A DNA stretch of 64,000 nucleotides from a virus: positions 8,360 to 72,359 of IMG/VR virus record IMGVR_UViG_3300017957_000012. One strand, given 5' to 3'. Each line of letters starts with the position of its first letter. Positions within the stretch are counted from its first letter, which is position 1. Of the stretch, positions 1 through 12,000 are shown piece by piece. The notes below the pieces were generated by a model. It made no database searches. It was given only the letters and a program-made list of their open reading frames with translations, and was not told the origin of the DNA. A program made the translations under genes and the position numbers.

Positions 1-698
1 CCGCGCTTTCCATTTAATAATGACAGCACAAACATATCTTGGAAATGAGCCGAATAGTTTTTATCGATCGTAGATAATCCATCGAACGTAAATTTGTATC
101 GCTCAAAATCCGGACATTGATTGTAAGTAATTGAGTGTGGATAACCCACTTCTTGTACGAGCTGATCAGAAAGTCGCCTATAGTGTGGTCCTTTCTTCAT
201 TCTATATCTAAAGTTGAATAGCGCGTCTCGAGATGATTTTGAACCAAGCCATTTCCAATCTGATAATGCCTTTCCGTAATAAAATGCAAACTTGCCAGGA
301 TAGCCCACGTCTTTAATAGGATCTTCTAGATCATCGAGTTCAAGAGCTCTTAAACCATATTCAGCGTAAAGAAAATGATTCCTCCAGTCTCCCCATGATT
401 CGTAGTGCTTCATCATGAGGTAAAGTGCTTCCGGTCGATTAGGTCTCAGGCGCAAAGCGTGTTGCAATGACATGAGTACACTGTGCTTACGATCTCTTTG
501 TCGACGGTAAGCTTCGGCCATATACACCATACACTTATATTGAAAATCTACGTCTTCTTCTTCGATATCTGCTGCTCTCAAATAAAGACCAATCGCCATT
601 GCGCCTTGCTCAAGCCTATCATATTCTCTAGCCATATCGAATATTTTTTGAGGATTCTTTGAATCAAGTGCAAACTCAGTAACTAACTCATTTAACAT
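1..698 (-). CDS. TPR-containing protein with start of an FkbM-type methyltransferase domain (3' end runs off the window)
   Basis: Not in the ORF track; translated by hand. ATG at 698, just after the TAA of the upstream gene. MLNELVTEFALDSKNPQKIFDMAREYDRLEQGAMAIGLYLRAAD...LQHALRLRPNRPEALYLMMKHYE is TPR-like helical, and the frame stays open to base 1 ending ...KNYSAHFQDMFVLSLLNGKRG, matching the YSQxxQDxFV...GKxxG start of FkbM-family domains. Confidence 0.65.
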   Translation of the reverse strand, partial: MLNELVTEFALDSKNPQKIFDMAREYDRLEQGAMAIGLYLRAADIEEEDVDFQYKCMVYMAEAYRRQRDRKHSVLMSLQHALRLRPNRPEALYLMMKHYESWGDWRNHFLYAEYGLRALELDDLEDPIKDVGYPGKFAFYYGKALSDWKWLGSKSSRDALFNFRYRMKKGPHYRRLSDQLVQEVGYPHSITYNQCPDFERYKFTFDGLSTIDKNYSAHFQDMFVLSLLNGKR

Positions 699-699
699 A

Positions 700-1734
700 T
701 TATCCTCTCACTACGAAATCAAAGAAAACCTCTTGCGGCATCTTCAATATAAAAATTCCATTGTCTTGGAAGCCATAAGAAATCAAAGCATCTGTCCCAG
801 CAAATGCTAGGCCGGTGGCAAACTCAATTACGTGCTGAGATCCTACTCTCCAATCAGTCTGTGAACCCATGAAAGTAAAATCTTTAGTATGACTAATAAT
901 GTTCCAATCATCATCCCAAATGATTGCTCGATGAGCGTAGTGACCGTCTTTTCTTCCATGGCTATCTTTCATCAAATCAACTTCGTGAGTGATCGCCATT
1001 CTTCGATCTGGCGCGATTTGTACAACCTGAGTTCCGCCTCTTACATCACGCCAGAGTGTAGGATAGGTTCGTGTTTGTTCATGCACAATTTGCTCAGTTG
1101 TCCCATCTTCAATGTTAAACTTTACGACCTCTGTGGGATTAGTCCATTTTACGAAGTGCCATGGCTTATCGAGAATTGGCATCCAATTCTTTTCACAGTA
1201 AGATTTATTAGGCGGAGGAGCGGGGATAGGGTACCTTCCAATTTCTTGCCATATACCATCTACAAAATCTATTTCACAAAGCTCCATACGCCCAGTGCCT
1301 TTGTCGTCATAAGCATCTCGTCTTACACCGCAAAGAAACATTCGATCTTCCCATACAAAAAGTCGAGCATCTTCAAGGCCAATAAAATTCCACGTTGGCT
1401 TCGTGTTAAAGTTCATTTTAACTTGGCCAGCAGTGAGCAAATTCATATCAGCGTCAAGCTCACATACGATATTATGTGTCGTTAAGCTAATATCATTTTC
1501 TGGATGGATATATTGAAGAGGCCCATAACAATGGGGAAATTTATGATTTTCACTATGATGAAGCGTATAATTTACATGGCGAACATTCATGAATAATTTT
1601 CCATCTCTATTAAAGAGAGAAGGATTCATGATACCTGTTTCGCCTGTAAGTTCTTTAGGTAAGATAACGGGGTGAATTGACCCACCCCTTTTTAATGCGT
1701 AGTAAACGAGACCATGCAAACGCAGATCATGCAT
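700..1734 (-). CDS. GH130/GH43-like five-bladed beta-propeller glycosidase/phosphorylase-like protein
   Basis: Motifs MNPSLF, GLEDARLF, CEKNWMP, RGGTQ and IEFATGL...LISYGFQD are typical of this propeller family; GGAGG Shine-Dalgarno upstream. Confidence 0.65.
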   Translation of the reverse strand: MHDLRLHGLVYYALKRGGSIHPVILPKELTGETGIMNPSLFNRDGKLFMNVRHVNYTLHHSENHKFPHCYGPLQYIHPENDISLTTHNIVCELDADMNLLTAGQVKMNFNTKPTWNFIGLEDARLFVWEDRMFLCGVRRDAYDDKGTGRMELCEIDFVDGIWQEIGRYPIPAPPPNKSYCEKNWMPILDKPWHFVKWTNPTEVVKFNIEDGTTEQIVHEQTRTYPTLWRDVRGGTQVVQIAPDRRMAITHEVDLMKDSHGRKDGHYAHRAIIWDDDWNIISHTKDFTFMGSQTDWRVGSQHVIEFATGLAFAGTDALISYGFQDNGIFILKMPQEVFFDFVVRG

Positions 1735-1769
1735 AATACCTCCATAATGTATAAATTCAACTCAGAAAA

Positions 1770-2105
1770 TCAAGACCAAGGGAATACTTCTGTTTTCGTT
1801 ACACCTTGTTTGTTGATTTTGTCTTGTATGCATTTATTTATAATTGCAACGTCAGCATCGCTCAAAGACGAAGAAATCCACTGAAGAACAATATCTTCAG
1901 TAAGAGATTCATATGCAACAAAGTCTGCTTCTGCAACCTCTTCAGCAGATAAATGAGTTTTTCCCACATAAGATGCTTCAACATCATCGTCTGTTGTGCC
2001 TGTTTTACTCCAACTAATTTGTATTACAGAGTCAGATAAAACAACACCATCTTGATTCGTCACATCTTTTTTGGAAATTTCTAAAACTTTCCATGAATAA
2101 TTCAT
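1770..2105 (-). CDS. small tail-fibre-associated/assembly protein (DUF7936-like)
   Basis: YSWKV...V..ISW..TGT...FVAYESLTEDIVLQWI pattern; paralogous to 2109-2549 and 20647-21060; follows a long fibre gene. Confidence 0.55.
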   Translation of the reverse strand: MNYSWKVLEISKKDVTNQDGVVLSDSVIQISWSKTGTTDDDVEASYVGKTHLSAEEVAEADFVAYESLTEDIVLQWISSSLSDADVAIINKCIQDKINKQGVTKTEVFPWS

Positions 2106-2108
2106 GAA

Positions 2109-2549
2109 TTACTCCGGTGCAGCAGTGTTTGCACTTTCTCCAAGTTCGTCTTCGCTGGGCGCACCTGGTGTCGGCGTTACTGGCTCTTCAGGGGCCCAAG
2201 GCATTGAAGCATCTCTAACGTTATGCTCACGATCAATGTCTCTCTGCATAACTTCTACGATATGGGCGCTATAAACCCTATCATTATTAACAAAGTCTTG
2301 AATCCAGCCCAAAACAGTTTCTTCTGTCAATGACGAAAAAGATACAAATTCGCCAGCAGGAACGTTTTCAGCAGTAAAAGGTGTTGCACCCTGGTGTATA
2401 GCTGTGTGACCATTTGCATCAGTACCTTCTATTTTCCAAAAAGTCTGAACAACAGCATCGGTCAAAGTATCACCATCAGTGTTAACCTGATTGCGTACTC
2501 TCAAACCAGTCACTTCCCATGTATATGTAAATTCGTCGCTAAGTGCCAT
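2109..2549 (-). CDS. small tail-fibre-associated/assembly protein (DUF7936-like)
   Basis: YTWEV...AVVQTFWKIEGTD...FVSFSSLTEETVLGWI; paralog of the adjacent gene; GGAG SD and late promoter upstream. Confidence 0.55.
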   Translation of the reverse strand: MALSDEFTYTWEVTGLRVRNQVNTDGDTLTDAVVQTFWKIEGTDANGHTAIHQGATPFTAENVPAGEFVSFSSLTEETVLGWIQDFVNNDRVYSAHIVEVMQRDIDREHNVRDASMPWAPEEPVTPTPGAPSEDELGESANTAAPE

Positions 2550-2578
2550 GTTTTTTAATCTCCGTTTGAATTTAAATC

Positions 2579-2586
2579 TATTTATT
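2579..2586 (-). promoter_or_regulatory. T4-type late promoter (AATAAATA)
   Basis: One mismatch from TATAAATA; overlaps the upstream stop codon and precedes the SD of 2109-2549. Confidence 0.5.
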
Positions 2587-3019
2587 AATCTTCTGTTGCG
2601 CCGGCAAAATAATCGAGCGTCTTTAAATATGTGTATGCCTGAGTAACATAATTGTCTGGTGAATCAACATCAATAAACATTACACAGCGATGGTCAAGCC
2701 CCTCAGTACCAATATGTACTTCGGCCTCTACTTCACTTGCATCTATACCAGCCATACCAATAGGTTTCTGGTCATTTTCTCGAGCTTCTTTATTTGCCCA
2801 TATAGTCATAAAAATTTCACCAATGTATCCTTTTTTCCAGTGAACCTCAGTTCCTTCGTCCCAGACTCCACCGTTCGTATAACCAGTGGGATCGTAAGTA
2901 TCTACGGGTGTTTTCAAATCGTGCATTCTTTTATGCACTTTTACGTCCGTAACTACAAAATAGGCGTTTGGTGCTGACAATCCAGTGCCGGGAATTTCGT
3001 AAGATTGAATTAAGGCCAT
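2585..3019 (-). CDS. hypothetical protein, probable tail fibre assembly factor
   Basis: 144-aa ORF directly abutting the long fibre stop; ends QAYTYLKTLDYFAGATED, a C-terminus common in small fibre-linked phage proteins. Confidence 0.5.
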   Translation of the reverse strand: MALIQSYEIPGTGLSAPNAYFVVTDVKVHKRMHDLKTPVDTYDPTGYTNGGVWDEGTEVHWKKGYIGEIFMTIWANKEARENDQKPIGMAGIDASEVEAEVHIGTEGLDHRCVMFIDVDSPDNYVTQAYTYLKTLDYFAGATED

Positions 3020-6000
3020 TTATAGGTTCTCCATTTTTTGCATCATATTATATACCATTTCTTCCAGCTTGTCAATTTTTTCTTGCTGGTTATTTATAAT
3101 TTCTTGCTGATCTTTGTGTGCTTCAACAAGTAGGCCTACCATCTTTGGATAGTCAAGTGCATACTCATCGACTTCCTCTGCATAGGAGACAACTTCTGGT
3201 ACGACCTCAAGAACTTCTTGTGCAATCATACCAAGCTGACGTCCCTTAAAGAGGTCATCACGCTCGTCAATTAAATCTTCTTTTCTTTCGTAGTAAACAC
3301 CGCGCAATTGCAACACTTTATCCAAAGCATTATCAATTGTGACGATATTTTTCTTCTTACGTCTATCTGAGTAAGCAACAACGTTACCGTTACAATAAAG
3401 TGAACCATTAATACGTACACGATATCCTGAAAGCGTCGAAGATGAAGCAAAACCAGTACAGTTTCTGGCACGGTTATGATAGTATACCCAACGTCCTAGA
3501 TCCTGAATATAGTAACCACCACTCGAGCTACCATCAAACATTAAGTGGGGTCTATATGTTGAATCAGAGAATGAAAGACCTCTCCAACCACTTCTAGATC
3601 CGGTGATATTCCAAGAACCATAGCTCGACTGGTTATTTGGATAGAAGGTAGCTGAGTTATAGGTGCTACGGATACCAACACCGCCACCACCAACGTGGAG
3701 CCATGTATTTGAGAAATTATGACTTAAGGTTGATCCCGAACCCCCGTTAATTTGGAATCTTACAGTACTACTGTTATAATCATTAAAGAATCGCATACCA
3801 CCGTAAGATGGGTTAGCAGCAAATGACATACCAGTGTGGTATTGTAATACTAAGTCAGGATATGGATAACTCCAACTACCAGATTCCTGGAAGCCAAATG
3901 AGTATGCTGAGCTACTTCTTGTAATACCAGAGTTACCACCAGGATAAGGTGAGTTAATTCTGTTTGGAGTAAGCTGATTACATCTTGTAGTAGAGTTGCC
4001 ATCAAAATAATAGCCTGCGCTATGGTCATAGTAGATTGCACCATATACTCTATTGTAGAAGTATGCGATTGCGTTGTTACTTTCTCTACCGATATATGCT
4101 ACGTTAAGTGCATTTGTTCTACCATTGTCGTGAATACGTAAGTAAGAGCTGCTGTTATTACTATTCGAATCAAGTCTTATGTTTACGTCATTATAAGAGT
4201 TGATCGATATACTATCACTAAAGTTATTGTTATAGTCAGTCGATGCAATACCATGGAAGCGATAATCGTTCCAACCCGAGCTTCCATTGTTCATTGTAAT
4301 ATAAGAGAATCTATGTAAAGAAGAACTCCGCGAACTATATCCTTGAGCGTAGCCTCTACTCGTGTTCGAACTGAAGTAGCTCGTATTAGTGATAGAAACG
4401 TTTAGACGAGAAGTAGAGCCTGGATCTGAATAGTAGCTCGAGCCATTATTACGATCATAGAAAATATAAGCTCGTAATGTATTAGCGTAGGTCTGACCAT
4501 AAAGTTCATGGTTTGAGTTGCCACTGAAAATACGAAGAGCCCAACCGCCACCACTATGCAATAATCCAAAACCGGAACCATCGTAGTATACGTAACCACG
4601 ACGACCTGTACTACTTCCTTGTGAGCCATTGTAGCGATCGTAGAAAATAAGACCGCCAACATCACTTCTACCATCGATGTGCCAATAGACGTTGCCTGGA
4701 CTATAGAAGTGTCTGCCGTTTGCCTGGCTATATAAGCCTCGACCCGAAGTATAGTTACGGAACCACCCGTAAGTATAAGTTTCATTACTTACTGTAGAAT
4801 TCCATCTTGAAGTGCTTGCTGGGTCGGCATAATAGCCACTCGAATCAGTATCTACAAATCTACGCGCATAAAGGTAACCATTTGAACCACTTGGTGCGTC
4901 ATTCACACCGTACATTGTGATGTGTTTCCAAGAGCTAAATGACGACCATGTATTACGGAATCTTAATCCTGCAATTGGTCCGCCGGCTAGCTGCCAACCA
5001 TATCTGGCTGAGCCATTAGAATAGTGATATGCCTGCACGCCCACCCAGTGAGATGTACCTGAAGGCTGATTAGGTGGATTGCTCCAAGTATCAAAAAAGC
5101 CCGAGCCCCAATCCGCAACACGAGTATTAAAGTCTTGTCTACTCCAGCCTACTGCACCAGTCCAATAATTAGTGTCACTTGTAATAGTCGGCCTTGCATG
5201 GAAATAAGCACTACCACTATAGACAATATCTCTACTATGGCCTGGGCCACCAAGCATTGCTCTGGTTCTTAAACTAAAGCCATTAATATTAGAACTAAAC
5301 AATGAAGCTGGATTTAAGTAATAACCTGTATTCGTCCAATCTGTATAGATCGTAGACGCTGTACCACCGGGATGTATGACTCTATTTGTACCCCAGCCAA
5401 TGTTTCGACCAATTTGGAAATCGCTACCACCATTAAAGTAGACAAAAGATTTAACACTATCTCCACTATCATGGATTGCCATTTCCCAAGTTTCTGAAGT
5501 GTTAGCAAGAATACCCACATTGATTGAGCCGGCCCATGATGTTCCATCCCACGCATAGTTACGATTAGTATGACCGATGTTCAAAGCACCTGGTTGTAAA
5601 TTACCGGCCGCATAGTTAGAGTTCGCAATCTCACCATAAACATACATAGAGAGATCTTCGTTACCATCCCAGAAATATCCAGTCGAGCCGCGAGCTCTCA
5701 AGCGATTAACATCAACTACGTTCATTTGAGACGTAGAAGCAAAATCACCGTAAAAGCCGGGACTATTTCGATCTCTAAATCTCGTCGCGTCAATGTAGTT
5801 ATTAATCAGAGTATTACCATCACCTCTGATAATCATATTCCATTGACCGTCGAGACCACCATCCATGAAGCGAATATCTTCACCACCCGAGGTAGCAATT
5901 CTTAAGTGGCCGTCGTTTGTATCTCGTACCTGAATATAACCACGAAGGTTGTTCGAACCTGGTGCACGCAATTGAATTTGCGCACCATTCATCATAGAAA

Positions 6001-9000
6001 GAGTGCTATACATGTCTATTGCAGCAACACGAGATGTGCTTGCAAAGTCACCATAATAGAAATCATTATCGCTATCGTAATATCTCGAAGCGTAAATATC
6101 TGCACCATGATTATACGTTACACCAGCGGTTGCGATTTGTCTCCACTGTGTCCAGTTCTGACAGCAATCTCTCAATGATCTTACTTGAAGAGGTGTTCTG
6201 TTCGTATTAATCCAGTCGGCTGCAATTTCAAATGCCTTTCCATTATTATTGAAAGACGCAGTAATATCATAAGTAAATGGACTACCCGAACCTCCACTAT
6301 AAGAAGAGTAAATTCCTAGACCTGTACCAACTACCTGACTTCTTCCACTCGGATAAACTTGTCCAGCGTTGTCAAAGTAAAGCTGTCCGTAATTTGGACT
6401 CGGGAAAGACTTAATTTCATTAACATTAAGTCGATTGATTTGTGAAGTACTTGCCGGATCAACGTAGCGGTTGCCTGGGTCGGATCTATCACGGAAAATG
6501 TTAGCGTAAAGATCTCCGCGTACCTGTGTGCTTCCATTTACATCAAGCTTAAATCCGCCTGCCGCGGCAGAGCCACCGCCACCAACAAAAAGATCGCCAT
6601 TACTTTGCCAACGAGAATGAACTCCATTCCCGCCATTACCAAAGTAAATATTATCGCCATCATAGTAATTAATGTATGTTTGGTGACCACTAGCTGCATC
6701 GATGTGTAAGTTACCATCAGTCGTTACGACAGACGCTACACCGGTGTTATTAATATATTCTCTACCATTACCACCAACTTGGATATAATCACCCCAAGTA
6801 TTATTTGGGCCGATGAGCATTCTGCCTCTAAGTCTCGCAGATTCCGTGGTATTCGCTGGTTCTATGTAGTAACCAGTAGAATCACGATCTCTGAATCGAT
6901 AAGCATCAATAAGATCAGCAGTAATATCATCAGCAAGAATATCATTAGCAACGACATTATCGACAAGTAAATTCGATTCTACGTTGCGACGCTTGAGCAT
7001 AATACCGCCATATTGGCGAGTAGCTGGGCCACCGCCTGATGGATAGTTCATAAGAACAATTACACGTACGTACCTACATCCTCCGCCGTCTGATCCATTA
7101 TAAGGTGTGTGAGACGTAGGAATTGTTGTATGGCCTCTGAATGTAGTCCAGCTCGTGCTTGTGTAGTTATTACTACTAACTACGAAGTATGTAATACCAT
7201 CATTGCCAGCAATTGGTCGCTTATCTTTATCGTAACGGCGAACACCCATGTAAACAAGACCGCCAGAACCACTCACGCGCCTAACAGATATTTCACCATA
7301 AATGTCTTCGCCTGGCGCTACAGGAATATAGTCTGAGTCAAAGACTCGATAAGCGCCAGTTTGTACGACTCGTCCAGCAAACGGTGCGTCTTGAACATCA
7401 ACATATTCGCTCTGCGCGATATTATTCGATTCTGCACCTTTGAGCCCAGAAGTGACTTCGGCTTGTGTATATTCAGTAAAGTCGAAGAGAACAAGATCAG
7501 CACCACCAGAACCATAAGCCGGATTAAGCGAAATATCTCCACCACTTCCAGAGATGGCAATATTAGGTGCAGTGAGGTTACCAGTAAAGTGTGCATCACC
7601 ATTGTCTAAATCAATAGAAGCTCTTAGATTTCCATTACCAATAAAGACAATTTCATTCGGGTTTGAAGTACTGAAGTAAGAGCGATATGGATTATTGTTA
7701 CCCGCCCACATAATACCCCAGTCGCCCGCCGTTCTCCAAATCCAATGGGTGTAATCTTGCGTATCGAGTAATACGTTATTGTTACCGTCACCAGAAGTTT
7801 GGAAATTATCTCGACGAATAATGCCTGGGATTCTTAGAGCATAGCTTGTATTACCGGCGTCGAGATCGAGTCTCCAAGTTGTACTATTCGGTGGATGGTA
7901 AATTGGTGCTCGCATTTGGTTTGTAGCAAGCGCATAACCGTTCTCAATCGAGAATTGCTCTCCACCTGCGTAGTATAATCTCGTACCAGCACCACGATAC
8001 CATTGCTGTTGCCATTGATTATCGACATCATTGTACATGCCGTGACGAACAGCATCACCTGGTGTCATCCATACAAAGTGACTAAGTAAGCTCCAACCTC
8101 TCCAACCATTCTTACCGTTGCCGTTAATCTGCAATGAACCATAATCGCCGGATACGTAATCGATATAAATGCTTGTATCATTATCGTACGCAGGATAAAT
8201 TCGATTTGTTCTCAGCGTATTAACACGAGAAGTACCCGATGGATCTACGAACCATGTAGTAGGTGATGTTGTGTCCCTGAAGATTGGTGATCGGATTTCA
8301 TTATTGGCAAGGAAGTATCCACTTTGCGTTTGTGCTTGTATTATGCCGTTATAGTATAAATCGTTAGATCCGTTAAGATCAAATCTCATCAACCATTCAT
8401 TGTCTACGTCATTGTACATTCCGACCGCAGAAGAATTGTTGTGCATAAAGACAACACGGCCGCCGATTGAGAATCCTTCCCATCCGTTACGACCACCGCC
8501 GTCGACCATGAATGAACCATAGTCGCCAGTAGGCTCTCTTAGTTGAACAGCATTACCATCAAGGGTGATTGTATTGAGTCTTGAATCACCGTCTGGGTTT
8601 GCATACCAGTTTGTATTAGTCCAATCATAGAAAATTGGAGCACGAGACGAAGTCAAAGAAGTAGAATTACCTAGGTAGTCTACCCAGAAAGTATCTCGTA
8701 TTGTACCTGCACCAGCACCACCCGATCCAATTGATGTTTGAACAATGAAGTTACCAGAGCCTTCTTTATCTAAATTATCTGCGCTACCAGTATTGTATCC
8801 TGCTCTACCACCAATACGAACTTGAGGTGTATAGTTTGCATTACTATCTCTAAAATTAAATGCAACCCAAGATTCAGGAGCATCAATATCTCCGGTTCCG
8901 TCACCATTGTCAATAGTTAATGCAACAAAATCGTTTTGAGGAGCAGCCTTATTATAAAGCTTTAATGTTCTAAATATTGATTCGGCGTTTGGATCGGCCC

Positions 9001-12000
9001 AGAAAGTAGGATCGTTGCTATCATAGTATCGAGCAAACGATGCAGTCTCGTTACCGCCGTAACCAAAAATATTTCCGTCGAAGGCAACTGGTTTATTAAA
9101 ATAGAATGTATCTCTGTCCGTTTGGAAGTGAACATAGCTTGCATTCATTGAACCGAAGTCTAGATAACCGGTCGGAGTTTGCAATCTCCAAGCGGCCGAT
9201 ACTGCGGGCTCAAAAGAATATTGATTGTTGTCTATATCAAAGAATTTGCGACCATGAATTTCTGATGCACCAAACTTCTCATAGTCATTGCCGGGATTAT
9301 TTCGTATTGCAATCCGACCGTTTGACTCAAGCGCAATATTCGATGCTACAACACCGCCCCAATGGAATCCAAGTTGAGGAGGAGTTGCTGTACCGTTTCC
9401 TGTGTAATTGCTTTCTCTTAATTCGATTGCAGCCGTAGAATAACTTGTGCCCGTAGAAGATGCAGCAAACTCGAAGTTGCCTTCTAATTGACCGCCACCG
9501 CCAGGCTCAATCCAACGTTGCTGGAAGTTTACGTCATAATAGCGATTAGCATAGACGTCACCACTTAATGTTGCGCCTCCGCCCGACAAAATAGTCTTAT
9601 CATTTCTAACACGAAGATACGTGGCATCGGTCATATACCAACCGCCGCCCCATCCGAATCCTAGTTCTTCGTCTCTGAGGAATGATGCAGTTCCTCTACC
9701 GAAGATGATACCATTATTAGCACCGTTGAGGTAGATAGATCCATTAACGTGGAGTTTAGCAGGATCGATTGCTGCAGTAAGGGGTGTATTATCACCGCCG
9801 TCTGTGTACGTAGCACTACTGCCGCCGACCACAATGTCGCCATTGTCATTAATGGTAAGTAGTTCAGAACCGGCCTGCGTCCAATACGATTGTGATGTAC
9901 CGGCCAGTAATAACCAATAAAGGTTACCACTGCTGTCACCACTTAAATTAGTACCAGTCGTACCGTCGTGCCTAAACTCAATATACCTATTACCATCGTT
10001 GAATGGATTAGCATTAGGATCAATTCTATTAAGGTACATTAATGAATAAGAACCAGAGTAATTACCACTAATAGCCACAGTTGTCGATTGACCTACCGCT
10101 CGATCACCTGCGCCTACTAATGAAATACCACCGTCACCAGTAGTATCAGACCAACGATCATAATTACCAATCGTATGAATACGAACACCACTACTTAATA
10201 CCGCAGATAAACTTGCATCAGCAGGATCTAAGTAATAACTATTATTATCGCTATCGATAAACTTAGGTGCGTATACATCAACAGTAAAGTCTGCTGAATC
10301 AGTATCAATACCTAATCTTTCTGTGCCGTCGACCGTGATTGTGAAATCGTCATTGCCGGGGAAGCCCATATAAGTATTTGTATCGCCGCGATGTCGGATA
10401 TATGAATCAATATCAATTTGCGACATTTGTGAAGTGCCGGCAAAATCACCATAATATGTAGTGTCTGGTAGATCATAAAAAATAGGTGATCTTACAGAGC
10501 CAGGCGCTTCTACTCTATTATTGTAAATAACTAGCTCTTCATTACCTCCAGCCGAGAACCCAATCTGATCGGCTCCCTTTCGATACATTCCTGTATTTGT
10601 ATCATTAATAAATGAGTATGCAGGTAATGCTAGTGTTCCGTCACCCGTACGTGCACGGCCCGCGACATTTAAAGAGAGTGTAGTATCGCCGGGATCGAGG
10701 AAGTAAGCGTTATTATCGTTGTCGTAGTATTTTCTGAAGTATGCACCTTCACCATAAACGTCGACGTAATATTCTGCTGCAGTAGATTGTGCAAGGAAAA
10801 TCGTCGTTCCGCCCGCATCCATTTGCAAAGTATCATTTTGTAAGAATCCAATCTTAGTATCTGAATCACCGTTGTGTACGATGTAGTCATCAATACCAAT
10901 CGTCTTCATTACAGACGTGCCATTAGGATCAGCGTAGTAATTGTTATCGTCTGCGTCGTAGTAAATCGAAGCGTATACATCACCGCCGGCGTTAATATCA
11001 CCACTAACACTTAAATTACCAAATACAGAAACACCTGAGTTATTCGCAGTAAGTCTCGTTGCACCTCCGGTGTCGAGATCTATTGTATCAGTAGCAAAAG
11101 TAATTTTCGTGTCTGTATCGTTATTATGAATGAGTGCATCATTAACGATAAGATTAGGTGCGTATAAATCGAGTGAAGATAATGCCCTCGTATTATTAAC
11201 GTCGAATCGAGTGTTTCCACCAGTTTCTAATTTAATATGATCTGTTTCGAAACGTAATCTCGTGTCAGTATCACCATTATGGAATAGGTTATCATCTAAA
11301 CCCAAGCCACTAAAAATCGAGTTACTTGCTGGATCGGCGTAATATGTGTTTGTGTCGGCATCTACAAATCGTTTACCAATAACATCGGTTCCAGCAGTGA
11401 CTGTTGTTGCAGCACTGATTGCACCAGCAGAAGCCGTAATATTACCCGTAGTTGCTGTGATATTATTCTGAGCAGTAATATTATTTCCTGCTGTAACATC
11501 ACCTGCAGTAGCTGAAACATTACCCGTTGTCGCAGTAACATTAACTTGCGCAGTTACACTACCAGCGCTGGCTGATACGTCACCAGTCGTTGCAGTAACA
11601 TTATTTTGTGCTATTACATCTCCAGCTGAAGCAGTAACGTTACCCGTAGTTGCCGTAACTCCAGTGGCACCAATAACATTTCTTCCAGCTTCAACGTCGC
11701 GTTCTACTTCAAGATCACCGTTGGTATCAGATTTTAAAGCCCAGTTAAAGCCTGCGTTAAGGAATCCAATTTCACCATTATCGGCATATAATACTCTATC
11801 TTGACCAGTACCGTTGAGTATAATTTGTGCAGCACCTACATCATCACCAACAGTAAGATCACCTTTGATTGTAATATTACCTTGAGCGGTATCATCAACA
11901 TCTGATCTTAAGAATTGCCAGGCATCAAGTCCATCAACGGTATCTGCATCAAATCCGTTATTAGCGCCTTCATCTGCGGTGGTAATAATTCGGCCGAGAT

